From NCBI GenBank assembly GCA_052327205.1, contig CM126228.1:14322001-14386000 (forward strand): 64,000 nucleotides of DNA, read 5' to 3'. Numbering within the stretch: the first letter of the stretch is position 1; each line of letters starts with the position of its first letter. The position numbers and the translations under genes are program-made. Source of the DNA: Somniosus microcephalus (lineage: Eukaryota). This document shows, in pieces, positions 41,304 to 54,007 of this stretch. Below the pieces are notes generated by a model. The model was not told where the DNA came from. It worked only from the letters and a program-made list of their open reading frames with translations, and made no database searches.

Positions 41304-42828
41304 ATTCAATTCAATTCAATTCAATTCAAATCGCTTTATTGGCATGATGACAAGGTACATCTTATGTTGCCAAAGCATCAAAAAACATTCATGGTTGTAC
41401 ACAAAAATACAGATCTACCCATACAGTGTATAAACAGATATATCCCTGAGAGTATAAATATACATTCATATAATTTGTATATACTCTTTTCTTATATTTA
41501 GTGGTTGTCCCTCTGTTTATGGCAAGCTGTAACATAGTGTGCCGCTAATGTTACACAATTTCTCTCTTCCCCTAGTAGGTATGGGAGTTTTTGGTCGTCA
41601 TTCAGATTTCTGAATTCCGGGCATATTTTTGTGAATTTTGGGTAGAAATTCTCCCTTATGCCCTGATATTTTCTACAAGCTGTGAGGAAGTGCATCTCTG
41701 TCTCCACCACTCCCTGACTGCAGTGAGAGCATATCCTGTCCTCTCTTGGTAGCCGGGTCTGCCTGTGTCTACCTTTTTCGATCGCCAGGCTATGTTCACT
41801 AAGTCTGTACATTGTCAAGGTTTTTCTCAGTTTGCTATCCTTTACCATGGTCAGGTAATCAGCCATGTTGTATTGTCTGTTTAGGGCCAAGTAGCAATTG
41901 AGTTTGCTTTGGGTTTTTGTTGTTTCTGCCCAATATGACAGATATTTTTCCTTTTGCTTAGCGACGATTGTGTTGGGTCGAATTCTTTGTGTTACCCTGT
42001 CACTGTCCTGGGGCTGGTTATTGTTAGTAGTGTTAGTAGATACTTCACTGAGTCCCAGGACTAGTTGACTGAGGGTATTCTTCTTTATGGTCCTCTCTTG
42101 GCATTTCAGGGCTTCGTAATGATAGCATTGGGGGTTGCTCATTTCTAGGTGTTTCCAAAATTTGGTGGCTCTTTTTTGGATAGTGATTATTAATGGATAT
42201 TGGCCCAGTTCTGCCCTGCATGCATTGTTTATGGTTTTCCTTTGAGTCCGGAGGATACTTTTACAGAATTCTGCATGTAGGATCTCAATTGGGTGTTTGT
42301 CCCATTTTGCAAATTCTTGTTGTGTTAGCGGTCCCCACACTTCACTGCCATAGAGTGCAATTGGTTCAATTACTGATTTGAAAATTTTGAGTCAAATGCT
42401 AATTGGGATTTCTATTTGGATTGATTTTTTAATGGCATAGAAAGCCCTTCTTGCTTTCCCTTTCAGTTCATTCACAGCCAGATGGAAATTTCCCGTAGAA
42501 CTGATTTTTAAGCCCAAGTATGTGTAGTTAGTGGTTTGTTCAATTTTGGTTGTTCCTAGTGTGAAATTTATTTTGGGTCCCTGATGTCTGGATCTTTGCT
42601 GGAACACAAGGACTTTGGTTTTTGGGGGATTTATTGTCAGGGCCCAGGTCTGGCAGAACGACTCCAGCAGATCCAGGTTCTGCTGTAGACCCTCCTTAGT
42701 TGGTGACAGCAGAACCAGGTCATCTGCATAGAGGAGGAATTTAACCTTGGATTCATATAGGGTGAGGCCGGGTGCTGTAGATTGTTCAAGTAGTTTTGCC
42801 AATTCATTTATGTAAATATTAAAGAGTG
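41304..42828 (-). mobile_element. 5'-truncated RTE-X-like LINE, copy B (different family from A)
   Basis: RT motifs LFNIYIN..LLYADDLVLL through the C-terminal CCHC finger in one frame, with a single TGG>TGA stop at 42392-42394; (TTGAA)n tail. Confidence 0.85.
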
Positions 42829-43867
42829 TCTCTCTCTCTCTGTTATAACCTCTCTTGTCTCTCTCTCTCTCTGTTATAACCTCTCTTGTCTCTCTCTCTC
42901 TCTGTTATAACCTCTCTTCTCTCTCTCTCTCTCTGTTATAACCTCTCTTCTCTCTCTCTCTCTCTATTATAACCTCTCTTGTCTCTCTCTCTCTCTGTTA
43001 TAACCTCTCTTCTCTCTCTCTCTCTGTTATAACCTCTCTTGTCTCTCTCTCTCTCTATTATAACCTCTCTTGTCTCTCTCTCTCTCTGTTATAACCTCTC
43101 TTGTCTCTCTCTCTCTGTTATAACCTCTCTTGTCTCTCTCTCTCTCTCTCTGTTATAACCTCTCTTGTCTCTCTCTCTCTCTATTATAACCTCTCTTCTC
43201 TCTCTCTCTCTCTATTATAACCTCTCTTGTGTCTCTCTCTCTCTGTTATAACCTCTCTTGTCTCTCTCTCTCTCTCTGTTATAACCTCTCTTGTCTCTCT
43301 CTCTCTCTCTGTTATAACCTCTCTTCTCTCTCTCTCTCTCTATTATAACCTCTCTTGTGTCTCTCTCTCTCTGTTATAACCTCTCTTGTCTCTCTCTCTC
43401 TGTTATAACCTCTCTTGTCTCTCTCTCTCTCTGTTATAACCTCTCTTGTCTCTCCCTCTCTCTGTTATAACCTCTCTTGTCTCTCTCTCTCTCTGTTATA
43501 ACTTCTCTTCTCTCTCTCTCTCTGTTATAACTTCTCTTCTCTCTCTCTCTCTGTTATAACCTCTCTTGTTTCTCTCTCTCTCTATTTGATTGAAACCACA
43601 AGAAAACATCCCTTGGAAATGGTCACGGTGAGTGAGAGGATGCACTGTTTAAGGCTGCAAAGTCTAATGGCTGTTAAGTTAAAAACTAGGTGAGTTCATA
43701 TAGGGGTCAATTAAGAGACCACAGATATTCTGGCTTCAGTATTTTGTGTTCCGGGATTGTTTCTTTACACTTTCCTTTGTAGTATGACTCAGAAATGTAA
43801 GTGTGACACTTGAAGGGTGGCAGAGAAGTGTGACGAATAGGAAATGCATATTAGACATACTGTTGAA

Positions 43868-44541
43868 TCTGGCAGGGCAGGTTGAGAAAGCGGTTAAAAA
43901 AGCATACGGGAATCCTGGGCTTCATAAATAGAGGCATAGAGTACAAAAGCAAGGAAGTTATGATGAACCGTTATAAAACACCGGTTTGGCCTCAACTGGA
44001 GTATTGTCTCCAATTCTGGGCACCGCACCTTAGGAAGGATGTGAAGGTCTTGGAAAAGATGCAGAAAAGATTTACAAGAATGGTTCCAGGGATGAGGGAC
44101 TTCAGTTACGTGGATAGACTAGAGAAGTTGGGGTTGTTCTCCTTAGAGCAGAGAAGGTTGAGAGGAGATTTGATAGAGGTTTTCAAAATCATGAAGGATC
44201 TAGACAGAGTAAATAGTGAGAAACTGTTCCCATTGGCGAAAGGGTCGAGAACCAGAGGACACAGATTTAAGGTGATTGGCAGAAGAACCAAAGGCGACAT
44301 GAGGAAAAGCTTTTATAAGCAGTGAGTCGTTAGGACCTGGAATGCACTGCCTGAAAGGGTGGTGGAGGCAGATTCATTCACGGCTTTCAAAAGGGAATTG
44401 GATAAGCACCTGAGGAAAAAAATTTGCAGGGCTACGGGGAAAGGGCGGTGGAGTGGGACTAGCTGAAGTGCTCTTGCAGAGAGCCGGCATGGGCTCAATG
44501 GGCCAAATGGCCTCCTTCTGTGCTGTAACCATTCTATGATT
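43868..44541 (+). mobile_element. CR1 3' fragment
   Basis: GILGFINRGIEYKSKEVM..QLEYC.QFWAP..RLRGDLIEVFKIM; tail ATTCTATGATT. Confidence 0.95.
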
Positions 44542-45003
44542 TTTTTATATTGTAGATAGATAGAGGGTCATTATTCCTATGAACACTCCTATCTTGTACC
44601 TCCCAATCTCCAAATACAGCATCCTACTCTCTGCATCTTCACTGTGCTGAAATCAAAACTTCTCCTGCACTAACTCACTTTTCCCCAAGGACTTCAAGCT
44701 ACAAATTCCCTCTTGCAATCTGCAGACTTTTAAACCCAAAATTGGCATCACCTAATCATTACTTCTTCATTTGCCTTGTCTCCTCTCCTGTTCTTATCAA
44801 CTCTGGCAGTCTCCTGCATATTGGGTATTTTTAATGGCAACAGTGGAACTGGACAACCAGCGCTTTAACTCATTGATGTCTGACATTGCATTTATGCAAC
44901 ATTTTTATTTTTTGTTAAAACAAAGAGCAAAAATTACTTCCATCCCCACAATGAGGACTGACAATGACAGGGGCGTCAACAGTGACATGAATCGCCATCT
45001 ACG

Positions 45004-47760
45004 ACAGGAAGCACTGAGTGTGACAGGGAGCTCCGAGTGTGACAGGGAATTCCGAGTGTGACAGGGAGCTCCGAGTGTGACAGGGAGCTCCAAGAGTGAC
45101 GGGGAATTCCGAGTGTGACAGGGAGCTCCGAGCGTGACAGGGAGCTCCGAGTGTGACGGGGAATTCCGAGTGTGACAGGGAGCTCCGAGTGTGACGGGGA
45201 ACACCGAGTGTGACAGGGAATTCCGAGTGTGACAGGGAGCACCGAGTGTGACAGAGAGCTCCGAGTGTGACAGGGAATTCCGAGTGTGACAGGGAGCTCC
45301 GAGTATGACAGGGAATTCCGAGTGTGACAGGGAGCTTCGAGTGTGACAGGCAGCTCCGAGTGTGACAGGAAATTCTGAGTGTGACAGGGAGCTCCGAGTG
45401 TGACGGGGAATTCCGAGTGTGACAGGGAGATCCGAGTGTGACAGGGAATTCCGAGTGTGACAGGGAGCACCGAGTGTGACAGAGAGCTCCGAGTGTGACA
45501 GGGAATTCCGAGTGTGACAAGGAGCACCAAGTGTGACAGAGAGCACCGAGTGTGACAGGGAGCTCCGAGTGTGACAGGGAATTCCGAGTGTGACAGGGAA
45601 TTCCAAGTGTGACAGGGAGCTCCGAGTGTGACAGGGAGCACTGAGTGTGACAGAGAGCTCCGAGTGTGACAGGGAGCTCCGAGTGTGACAGGGAATTCCG
45701 AGTGTGACAGGAAGCAGCGAATGTGACAGGAAATGGTGAGTGTGACAGGGAGCACCAAGTTTGACAGGGAATTCCAAGTGTGACAGGGAATTCTGAGTGT
45801 GATCGGGAGCTCCAAGTGTAACAGGGAGCTCCGAGTGTGACAGGGAGCACCGAGTGTGACAGAGAGCTCTGAGTGTGACAGGGAATTCCAAGTGTGACAG
45901 GGAATTCCGAGTGTGACAGGGAGCTCCGAGTATGAAAGGGAATTCCAAGTGTGACAGGGAGCTCCGAGCATGACAGGGAATTCCAAGTGTGACAGGGAGC
46001 TCCGAGTGTGACAGGGAGCTCTGAGTGTGACAGGGAATTCCGAGTGTGACAGGGAGCTCCGAGTGTGACAGGGAGCTCCGAGTGTGACCGGGAATTCCGA
46101 GTATGACAGGGAGCACCGAGTGTGACAGAGAGCTCCGAGTGTGACAGGGAACACCGAGTGTGACAGGGAATTCCGAGTGTGACAGGGAGCTCCGAGTGTG
46201 ACAGGGAGCTCCGAGTGTGACAGGGAGCTCCGAGTGTGACAGGGAATTCCGAGTGTGACAGGGAGCACCGAGTGTGACAGAGAGCTCCGAGTGTGACAGG
46301 GAGCTCCGAGTGTGACAGGGAATTCCGAGTGTGACAGGGAGCACCGAGTGTGACAGAGAGCTCCGAGTGTGACAGGGAGCTCCGAGTGTGACAGGGAATT
46401 CTGAGTGTGACAGGGAGCTCCGAGTGTGACAGGGAACACCGAGTGTGACAGGGAATTCCGAGTGTGACAGGGAGCTCCGAGTGTGACAGGGAGCTCCGAG
46501 TGTGACAGGGAGCTCCGAGTGTGACAGGGAATTCCGAGTGTGACAGGGAGCACCGAGTGTGACAGAGAGCTCCGAGTGTGACAGGGAGCTCCGAGTGTGA
46601 CAGGGAATTCTGAGTGTGACAGGGAGCTCCGAGTGTGACAGAGAGCTCCGAGTGTGACAGGGAGCTCCGAGTGTGACAGGGAATTCCAAGTGTGACAGGG
46701 AGCTCCGAGTGCGACAGGGAGCACTGAGTGTGACAGGGAGCACCGAGTGTGACAGAGAGCTCCGAGTGTGACAGGGAACACTGAGTGTGACAGGCAATTC
46801 CGAGTGTGACAGGGAGCTCCGAGTGTGACAGGGAGCTCCGAGTGTGACAGGGAGCACCGAGTGTGACAGGGAACTCCAAGTGTGACAGGGAGCTCCGAGT
46901 GTGACAGGAAACACCGAGTGTGACAGGGAATTCCGAGTGTGACAGGGAGCACCGAGTGTGACAGGGAATTCCGAGTGTGACAGGGAGCACCGAGTGTGAC
47001 AGGGAATTCCGAGTGTGACAGGAAGCAGCAAATGTGACAGGAAATGGTGAGTGTGACAGGGAGCACCAAGTGTGACAGGGAATTCCAAGTGTGACAGGGA
47101 ATTCTGAGTGTGACAGGGAGCTCCGAGTGTAACAGGGAGCTCCGAGTGTGACAGGGAGCACAGAGTGTGACAGAGAGCTCTGAGTGTGACAGGGAGCACT
47201 GAGTGTGACAGGGAATTCCAATTGTGACAGGAAGCAGCGAGTGTGACAGGAAATGGTGAGTGTGACAGTGAGCACCAAGTGTGACAGGGAGCACCGAGTG
47301 TGACAGGAAATGGTGAGTGTGACAGGGAACTCAGAGTGTGACAGCAAGCTCTGAGTGTGACAGGAAGCTCTGAGTGTGACAGGAAATTCCAAGTGTGACA
47401 GGGAATTCTGAGTGTGACAGGGAGCTCTAAGTGTGAAAGGGAATTCTGTGTGTGACAGGGAATCCGAGTGTGACTGCGAATTCTGAGTGTGATAAGATGC
47501 GGCTATGGTGATAGAGGATTCCGAGTGTGACAGGGAATTGAGTGTGACAGGGAGCTCCAAGTGTGACAGGAAGCTCTGAGTGTGACAGGGAGCTCCGAGT
47601 GTGACAGGGAGGAAATTCTGTGTGTGACAGGGAATTCCAAGTGTGACAGGGAGGAAATTCTGAGTGCGACAGGGAATTCTGAGAGTGACAGGGTGGGAAC
47701 TCCAAGTGTGACAGGGAATTCCGAGTGTGACAGGGTGGGAATTCCGAGTATGACAGGAAG
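45004..47760. repeat. 19-bp minisatellite, ~140 units (GAGTGTGACAGGGAGCTCC / GAGTGTGACAGGGAATTCC variants)
   Basis: Direct tandem periodicity; 19-aa repeats in all three minus frames. Confidence 0.98.
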
Positions 47761-47969
47761 CACTGTTGCTGTATATTTCCCTAATGGAACTTTCCTCATT
47801 CAAAATACACAGAAATTTATTTCATACACGTTAAATGACAAGAAACAGAATCAGAATTTGAAATCATTCAGTGTTGAAACAGTTAATTTGAGTTTGAACT
47901 TTATTTTTTATTAATTTTATGTGCAAGGTGAGAAACATCATTGCTAGAGAATGAAAATCTATCAATTTT

Positions 47970-48237
47970 TGGGGCGATTTTAACCCAAGTTGCTCAACAG
48001 AAACCTGGCGAGTGGGCAGTTAAAATCACCCTGGGCTCTTACCTGTCTGAAAGCCGCCCTGATCGCAACATCTGAAATTTTAACCTGCTCTCCTGAGCAG
48101 GCAGCAAGGACACACGCCCGGAGCCAAAAGGGTCCTTCTTTATATATGCATGTTGCAGCCCGATGACAAAGTTGAGACCCGACTGTAATTTTAACTCAGG
48201 CTAAGTGAGGAATCCACCTGGAGTTAAAATCGGGACC
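47970..48237. mobile_element. Related short MITE
   Basis: GGGGCGATTTTAAC ... GTTAAAATCGGGACC. Confidence 0.55.
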
Positions 48238-48245
48238 TATATATA

Positions 48246-48477
48246 TGTGTAGCATTTGTGGGACAGATACAGCATGGGTTAAGATATAAAAAGACCACTG
48301 AGCACTCGGCTTTAATCAACTGTTTCACAACCATGAGATTCTAGTTACATCACTAGTTCCTGGTTACAGAAACATCCTGAGCAAGCTGGGCCCACGCCCA
48401 AGTATTTATACTCCTTGGATGGCGCCACCAGCTGGCCGTCCAGTGTTATTTCATGAGTCATGATAAGATTCATGACA
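48246..48477 (-). mobile_element. Solo-LTR-like repeat with CTCF motif (copy 2)
   Basis: Shares GCTTTAATCAA..CACTAGTTCCTG..GCAAGCTGG.CCCA.GCCC.AGTATTTATACTC..GCGCCACC with copy 1. Confidence 0.5.
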
Positions 48478-48580
48478 GGTTAGATGCAGAGTTATGCTCC
48501 CTCTCCAGTATCAGTAAATTACTTCAAGCCTTAATGACATAGTATTACATAGAATTTCCAAGGGATGCCCCTTGCATTAT

Positions 48581-48711
48581 ATGAACATACGAACATACAA
48601 ATTAGGAGCAGTAGTCGGCCACTTGGCCCCTCGAGCCTGCTCCGCCATTCAATAAGATCATGGCTGATCTGATTACTCCGCATTCCCGCCTACCCCCGAT
48701 AACATTTCACA
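48581..48711 (-). mobile_element. CR1 3' tip
   Basis: GAACATACGAACATACAAATTAGGAGCAG..GGCCCCTCGAGCCTGCTCCGCCATTCAA. Confidence 0.85.
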
Positions 48712-48893
48712 CTATCACTGTGGCACTTCTTTTCCTCATACAGGCTATGCATGTGGGAGGGTGAGTGAGATTACTAAATTAGTACGCCCAATCTCAGTTT
48801 TACACAGGGCCCTTACAGCATTCAATAGAGGCAACTTTCAGCCCAATCACTCTGGCCTGGATTTCAACCCAGGTCACAGATAGAAAAATATAC

Positions 48894-49796
48894 GGCCTGG
48901 TTTTAACCCCCCCCCCCCACCCCTCCCACCGCACCCGAAGCGAAGTGATTAAAATATCGGCAGCGCGGCACTCACCGGAGCCATTTTAACAGCGTTCCAA
49001 GGTAGCGTGTGAGGCCTTCGCCCCAGCTAGGTGAGGGCTTCATTGTCGTTCAAAAGTCGGGGTCTGATGACGCCAATCTAGGGTTGCCAACCCTCCAGGG
49101 TCGTCCTGGGGTCTCCAGGAATTGAAGATTAATCTGCTGGACCCTGCTGCGAGAAACACCTGGGAGAAAAATCATTGGGGCATGAAAAAAAAAGTGGGGT
49201 TTTTGTTCATTTTTTTTTCAACACTTAGCTTTATTAGTGATTAAAATATTGGAGACGGGGAAAAGGAGTCTGTTTGACCGAGCAAGGCATTTGGAGGCGG
49301 GAAGTCATGTGATGAAACCTCCCGGAACACGTCCAATCAGAGTTGGCGACCCTACATCAAACAGGCCCCAACACTAATTCAACCGGCAGCAGCGAGTTTG
49401 GCGCCTGGTGCCAGCCTCGCCAGGAAAACTCGGCACAGAGGATCAGCAGGCCTAGAAGACAGCTGATAAGGTAAAAATATTTGACCTTTAAAAGCTTTCT
49501 CTGGGGGCCAGGAGTACGTCTCCGGGTCCCACAAAGGATCCTTGGCCTCCTCTGCCACTAGCTTCCCACGATCGCCTGGAACCCTCCCTTCGTCTATTTT
49601 GAACGTTGCGGCTGGTCCTCAGCTGTGGCCTCCTGCCACACTCAACAGACTCCCGCCGGCCGGCCCGATGTCATTGATGCCAGGTTTGGGCGGGAGTCGG
49701 GCCTGGTCTATTTAAATGAGGCCCGGGAGTTAAAATGGCCCAGGCCTCATGTCAAGAGGCCCACACTTACCGCTTGCCCTGAGTTAAAATTGGGCC
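48894..49796. mobile_element. GC-rich MITE (PIF/Harbinger-like, inferred)
   Basis: Ends GGCCTGGTTTTAAC / GTTAAAATTGGGCC, with internal repeats of the TTTTAAC/GTTAAAA motif and TA-rich flanks. Confidence 0.6.
49079..49354. mobile_element. hAT (Blackjack-like) MITE nested in a larger MITE
   Basis: TIR TAGGGTTGCCAAC / GTTGGCGACCCTA; degenerate 8-bp TSD CGCCAATC / CATCAAAC. Confidence 0.8.
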
Positions 49797-50054
49797 TATA
49801 GTGTGTAAATCACTAATCCAACCAGTTTAGGCTTAATTTTAACAGTATTAATTTTTACCCCATATCATATGCTGGTACTTAATGATTCTCTATTATGCCT
49901 AAACCATTATTGCTGCTAATCTGAGGCATTTGATGTATGATTGTGGATTCATAGGTGGACGTCAAATATGGATGCCCACTAGACAAAGATATTTGTTCCG
50001 GGGGCTCGGTAGCTTTCCATCGCACAATTTTGCCCCTCCTCCACCGACACACAT

Positions 50055-50300
50055 AAGGAGATATTAGGACAGGTGATCAAGAGCTTGGTCAAAGACGTAA
50101 GCTTTAAGGAGCGTCTTAAACAAGAGAGAGTTAGAGAGGTGGAGAGGTTTAGGGAGGAATTTCATAGTTTGGGGCCTAAACAACTGAAGGCACGGCCGCC
50201 AATGGTGTGGCGATGGAAATCGGGGATGCACAAGAGGCCAGAATTGGAGGAACACAGAGTTACGGAGAGTTGTAGGGCTGGAGGAGGTTACAGAGATAGG
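50055..50300 (-). mobile_element. L2-type LINE 3' fragment
   Basis: Translated ..LPK.L.LS.SL.FKTLLKAY.FDQA. is a typical L2 C-terminus. Confidence 0.65.
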
Positions 50301-50971
50301 GAGCCAAATTTAGAACTCATGTCAGGAAGATTTTTTTACACAAATAGTGATCGGCAGGTGGGATGGATGTTTGGGTAGGGTAGCGGAGACTAAAACCCCT
50401 GGAATCATTAAAAAAAGCATTTGGATGCTGTGATGGCAGAACTGTAGGCGCTGGTTGAATGATGAGCTAGGATGGGCTGAATTTACTTCCTCGTCTGTAC
50501 CCACCCTGTGTGAGACAATCTTCTGGAGATGGTTTCACAAATCTTGCCTAAGTGCACCTCTGCTGACATCCCACTTGAATCACACAAAATATTCAAAATC
50601 ACTTCAGATCTATATAGGCTGTGCATTGTAAGTGAGCAAGTAAATACCAGCAAAGCTGGAACACTTATTCTGCCTGGGCAAGGTTCTTACCCAGCCTGGT
50701 GAATTCAGCAGCACTATGTGCAGTCACCTAGCAACCAGCAATGTAAACACAGCCCATTCCATGGCTCAGAACACACCTTGATCACAGGCTCCTGGGGTTT
50801 TCACAGACCAGAGTGAGTAATTCATCTCATTTTTAAAACATTGAAAACAATTTTGTTTCACTAGAAAATGTGTTCAAGCTGGTTCAGGCTGTGAGTAGCT
50901 GAGCCATGCTAACCCATATTTAATCCCTAGTCTGTGCTATTAGCAAGATAACGGTAGGGAGGATATTCAGT

Positions 50972-51425
50972 GTCAGCTGTGGCTCAGTTGCTACCACTCT
51001 CGCCTCAGAGTCGGAGGTTTGTGGGTTTAGAGACCCACTCCTGAGACTAGAGCGCAAAATCTAGGCTGGCACTCCAGTGCAGTACCGAGGGAGTGCTGCA
51101 CTGTTGGAGGTGTCGTTTTTCAGATGAGACGTTAAATCAAGGTCTCATCTTCCCTCTAGGTGGATGTAAAAGATCCCACGGCACTATTCGTAGAAGAGCA
51201 GGGGAGTTCTTCCCAGTGTTCTGACCAACATTTATCCCTCAACCAACATCATTAAAACAGATTACCTGGCCATTATCTCCTTGCTGTTTGTGGGGCCTTG
51301 TTGCGTGAAAATTGCGTTTCCTACATTACAGCAGTGTTCAAAAGAACTTCACTGGCTGTACAGCACTTTGAGATGTTCTGAGGTCCTGAAAGGCATTATA
51401 AAAATCCAAGTTCTTTCATTCTTTA
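50972..51425 (+). mobile_element. SacSINE1-like SINE, full length
   Basis: Head-to-tail match to the family. Confidence 0.9.
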
Positions 51426-51574
51426 TAACTGGTCTCAGTGACATTGGGATAGGGAAGGGCAAATCGTCCAGGGTTCCTTTTTCTGAGTGAGAAAGATAGA
51501 AAGATAGAAAGAAAAAAAGAAAGAAAGGAAGAAAGAAATAGAGAGAGAAAGAAAGAAAAAAGAAAGACAGACAG

Positions 51575-51999
51575 ACCGACTTGCATTTCTATAGCGCCTT
51601 TCACGATCACCGGACATCCCAAAGCGCTTTACAGCCAATGAAGTACTTTTGAAGTGTAATCACTGTTGTAATGTAGGAAACGCGGCAGCCAATTTGCGCA
51701 CAGTAAGCTCCCACAAACAGCAATGTGATAATGACCAGATAATCTGTTTTTGGTTATGTTGATTGAGGGATAAATATTGGCCAGGACACCGAACTCCCCT
51801 GCTCTTCTTCGAAATAGTGCCATGGGATCTTTTACGTCCACCTGAGAGGGCAGACGGGACCTCGGTTTAACATCTCATCTGAAAGACGGCACCTCCGACA
51901 GTGCAGCACTCCCTCAGCACTGCACTGGGAGTGTCAGCCTAGATTTTGTGTGCTCAAGTCTCTGGAGTGGGACTCGAACCCACAACCTTCTGAGTCAGA
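51575..51999 (-). mobile_element. SacSINE1-like SINE with a GAAA-rich tail expansion (51490-51575)
   Basis: Near-consensus copy that ends in a fold-back within the head. Confidence 0.92.
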
Positions 52000-54007
52000 A
52001 GGTTGTGGGTATCCAGTTACCCCTACGAAAAAGTGCGTGTGGGTGTGTGTGTGTGTGTGGCATGAAGACAGTCAAGCTCGACTGCGATACTCGTGACTGT
52101 TGAATAACCTGCTGACACTCACAATCCAGGCTCATGCATGAAGAATAGTATCATGGCTCAGCTACCAGAGGACAGCCAGGATCTGTACAACTGTATCCCA
52201 GCAGAGAGTCATCTCCTTCTGCAGAAGGAGGGGGAGTAATTGTAAAACAAAACTCAAGGCATTGCACTGTGCATAAATGAGGTGCTCATACTGGTGGCTA
52301 TTGATTTCTATTGGCTCGTTTAATTCTGTATCGCCCAGATTTGCAATATGCAAAACTTACTGTGATGTCCCTATAAATTCTCGTGAGAAAGAAAGTCTGG
52401 AAATAAAGATCCCATCTGGCACCTTCATGGGACTTTGAGCCGGAGCTGAAACAATGCCAAATGGGTCTGTTCAGCAGAGAATGAGTTCATGCAAATGAGG
52501 CTGAGTAGACGCATAGAATGCTGTTGATTGGCCGACAAGTACTGTAAAACCCACAATAGAGGCCCAGTTTCACACAGTCGCCAGAACCCCTCATTGTTCT
52601 GTCCTGAAACTGCTGCTGTGACAGGAGGGAATCACACAGTGCCAGCAGCGAAACTCAAAAAGTTTGCCATAAAAATATTAAATGAACGCGTTGTTTAACA
52701 GTAACGCCGAACTCAAAGGCAGGAATGTATCTCTCCCTTCAGCCCATTATTATCCACTTTCGTATTTTGTTTCACATTTTGTGAGCACACAGACCCTGGT
52801 TTGATGAAATCCATGATACACATGGGTCTTTCAGTTCATTAATGCCTAATTGAATTGATTTGGTTGAGTACGAGACTCCCTTGTTTGCATTTTATGACTG
52901 GCAGGCCTGCTGAATGAATTGTTTCCATGTGTGGTATGGGAGTACGATGCCACCAGCGGGCACACTGGGTGCCATGGTTACGATGCAGCAAGCGTGCCAG
53001 CATGGTGACATCATTTTCAGTACTGGCGCCTATCGTTGCTGGGAGACTAAGAGCTGGGCTGTGAAATCATTTTTTTCTTTAAAAAAAATCTAAATACATA
53101 GCTTAGAGTAGGCACAGAATGTCACATCGATGCCAGGCAAATTCAACTGATAGACAGACCTGGGCTTAGTCTGTCTCCATCCGCTTAATAAAACAGCACT
53201 GTTACTGCTCTGCTACCATTGAGGGTCCAATGCTCTCCAACTGAAATCCATTTACATGGACTGAATATGAATTTGAAACAAAACACATTCTCCATACCAC
53301 CCCCTCCCCTTCTTAGTAGTAAAAAAGAAAAAATGTCTTGCATGTATATAGCGCCTTTCACGACTACCGGACGTCCAAAAGCACTTTACAGCCAATGAAG
53401 TACTATTGAAGTGCAGTCACTGTTGTAATGTAGGAAACACGGCAGCCAATTTGCACACAGCAAGCTCCCACAAACAGCAATGTGATAATGACCAGATAAT
53501 CTGTTTTCAGTGAAGTTGATTGAGGGATAAATATTGGCCAGGACACCGGGGATAGCTCCCCTAACTCCCCTGCTCTTCTTCGAAATAGTGGCATGGGATC
53601 TTTTACGTCCACCTGAGAAGGCAGAGGGGGTCTCAGTTTAACGTCTCATCCAAAAGATGGCACCTCTGACAGTGCAGCACTACACTCAGTACTGCACTTA
53701 TGTGGCAGCTCAAGTCTCTGGAGGGGACTTGAAACCACAACCTTCTAGACTCAGAGGCGAGAGTGCTACCCACTTTTTTTAATATATATTATTTATTGAA
53801 CATTAAAAACATTTACAACATTGTGATCATTCCATTGTATCATACCAATCCATTCCGCCGCTCTGCACAGCCATTCCTCCACCACATATTAACATCAAAA
53901 CCTGAAGTTTAATTTGTTTCCCATAACATATACTAATCTATTGTACTTTAAAAATTGATCAATAATCATAGCTCTGAATAAGGGAAGTGTGCCTGATAAC
54001 CCCCCCA

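Larger units (their letters stand above)
39698..43585. repeat. TC-rich ~30-35 bp minisatellite (CTCTCTTG(TC)nTGTTATAAC), split into three blocks by the two RTE-X insertions
   Basis: Blocks at ~39698-39908, ~41185-41303 and ~42829-43585. Confidence 0.95.

Noticed and set aside
45004-47760. CRISPR-like appearance of the tandem arrays
   Set aside because: No unique spacers, no cas genes, and a vertebrate context.
44905-47803. Three ORFs of 764-934 aa on the minus strand
   Set aside because: They are translations of a stop-free 19-bp tandem repeat; all three frames give the same periodic peptide.
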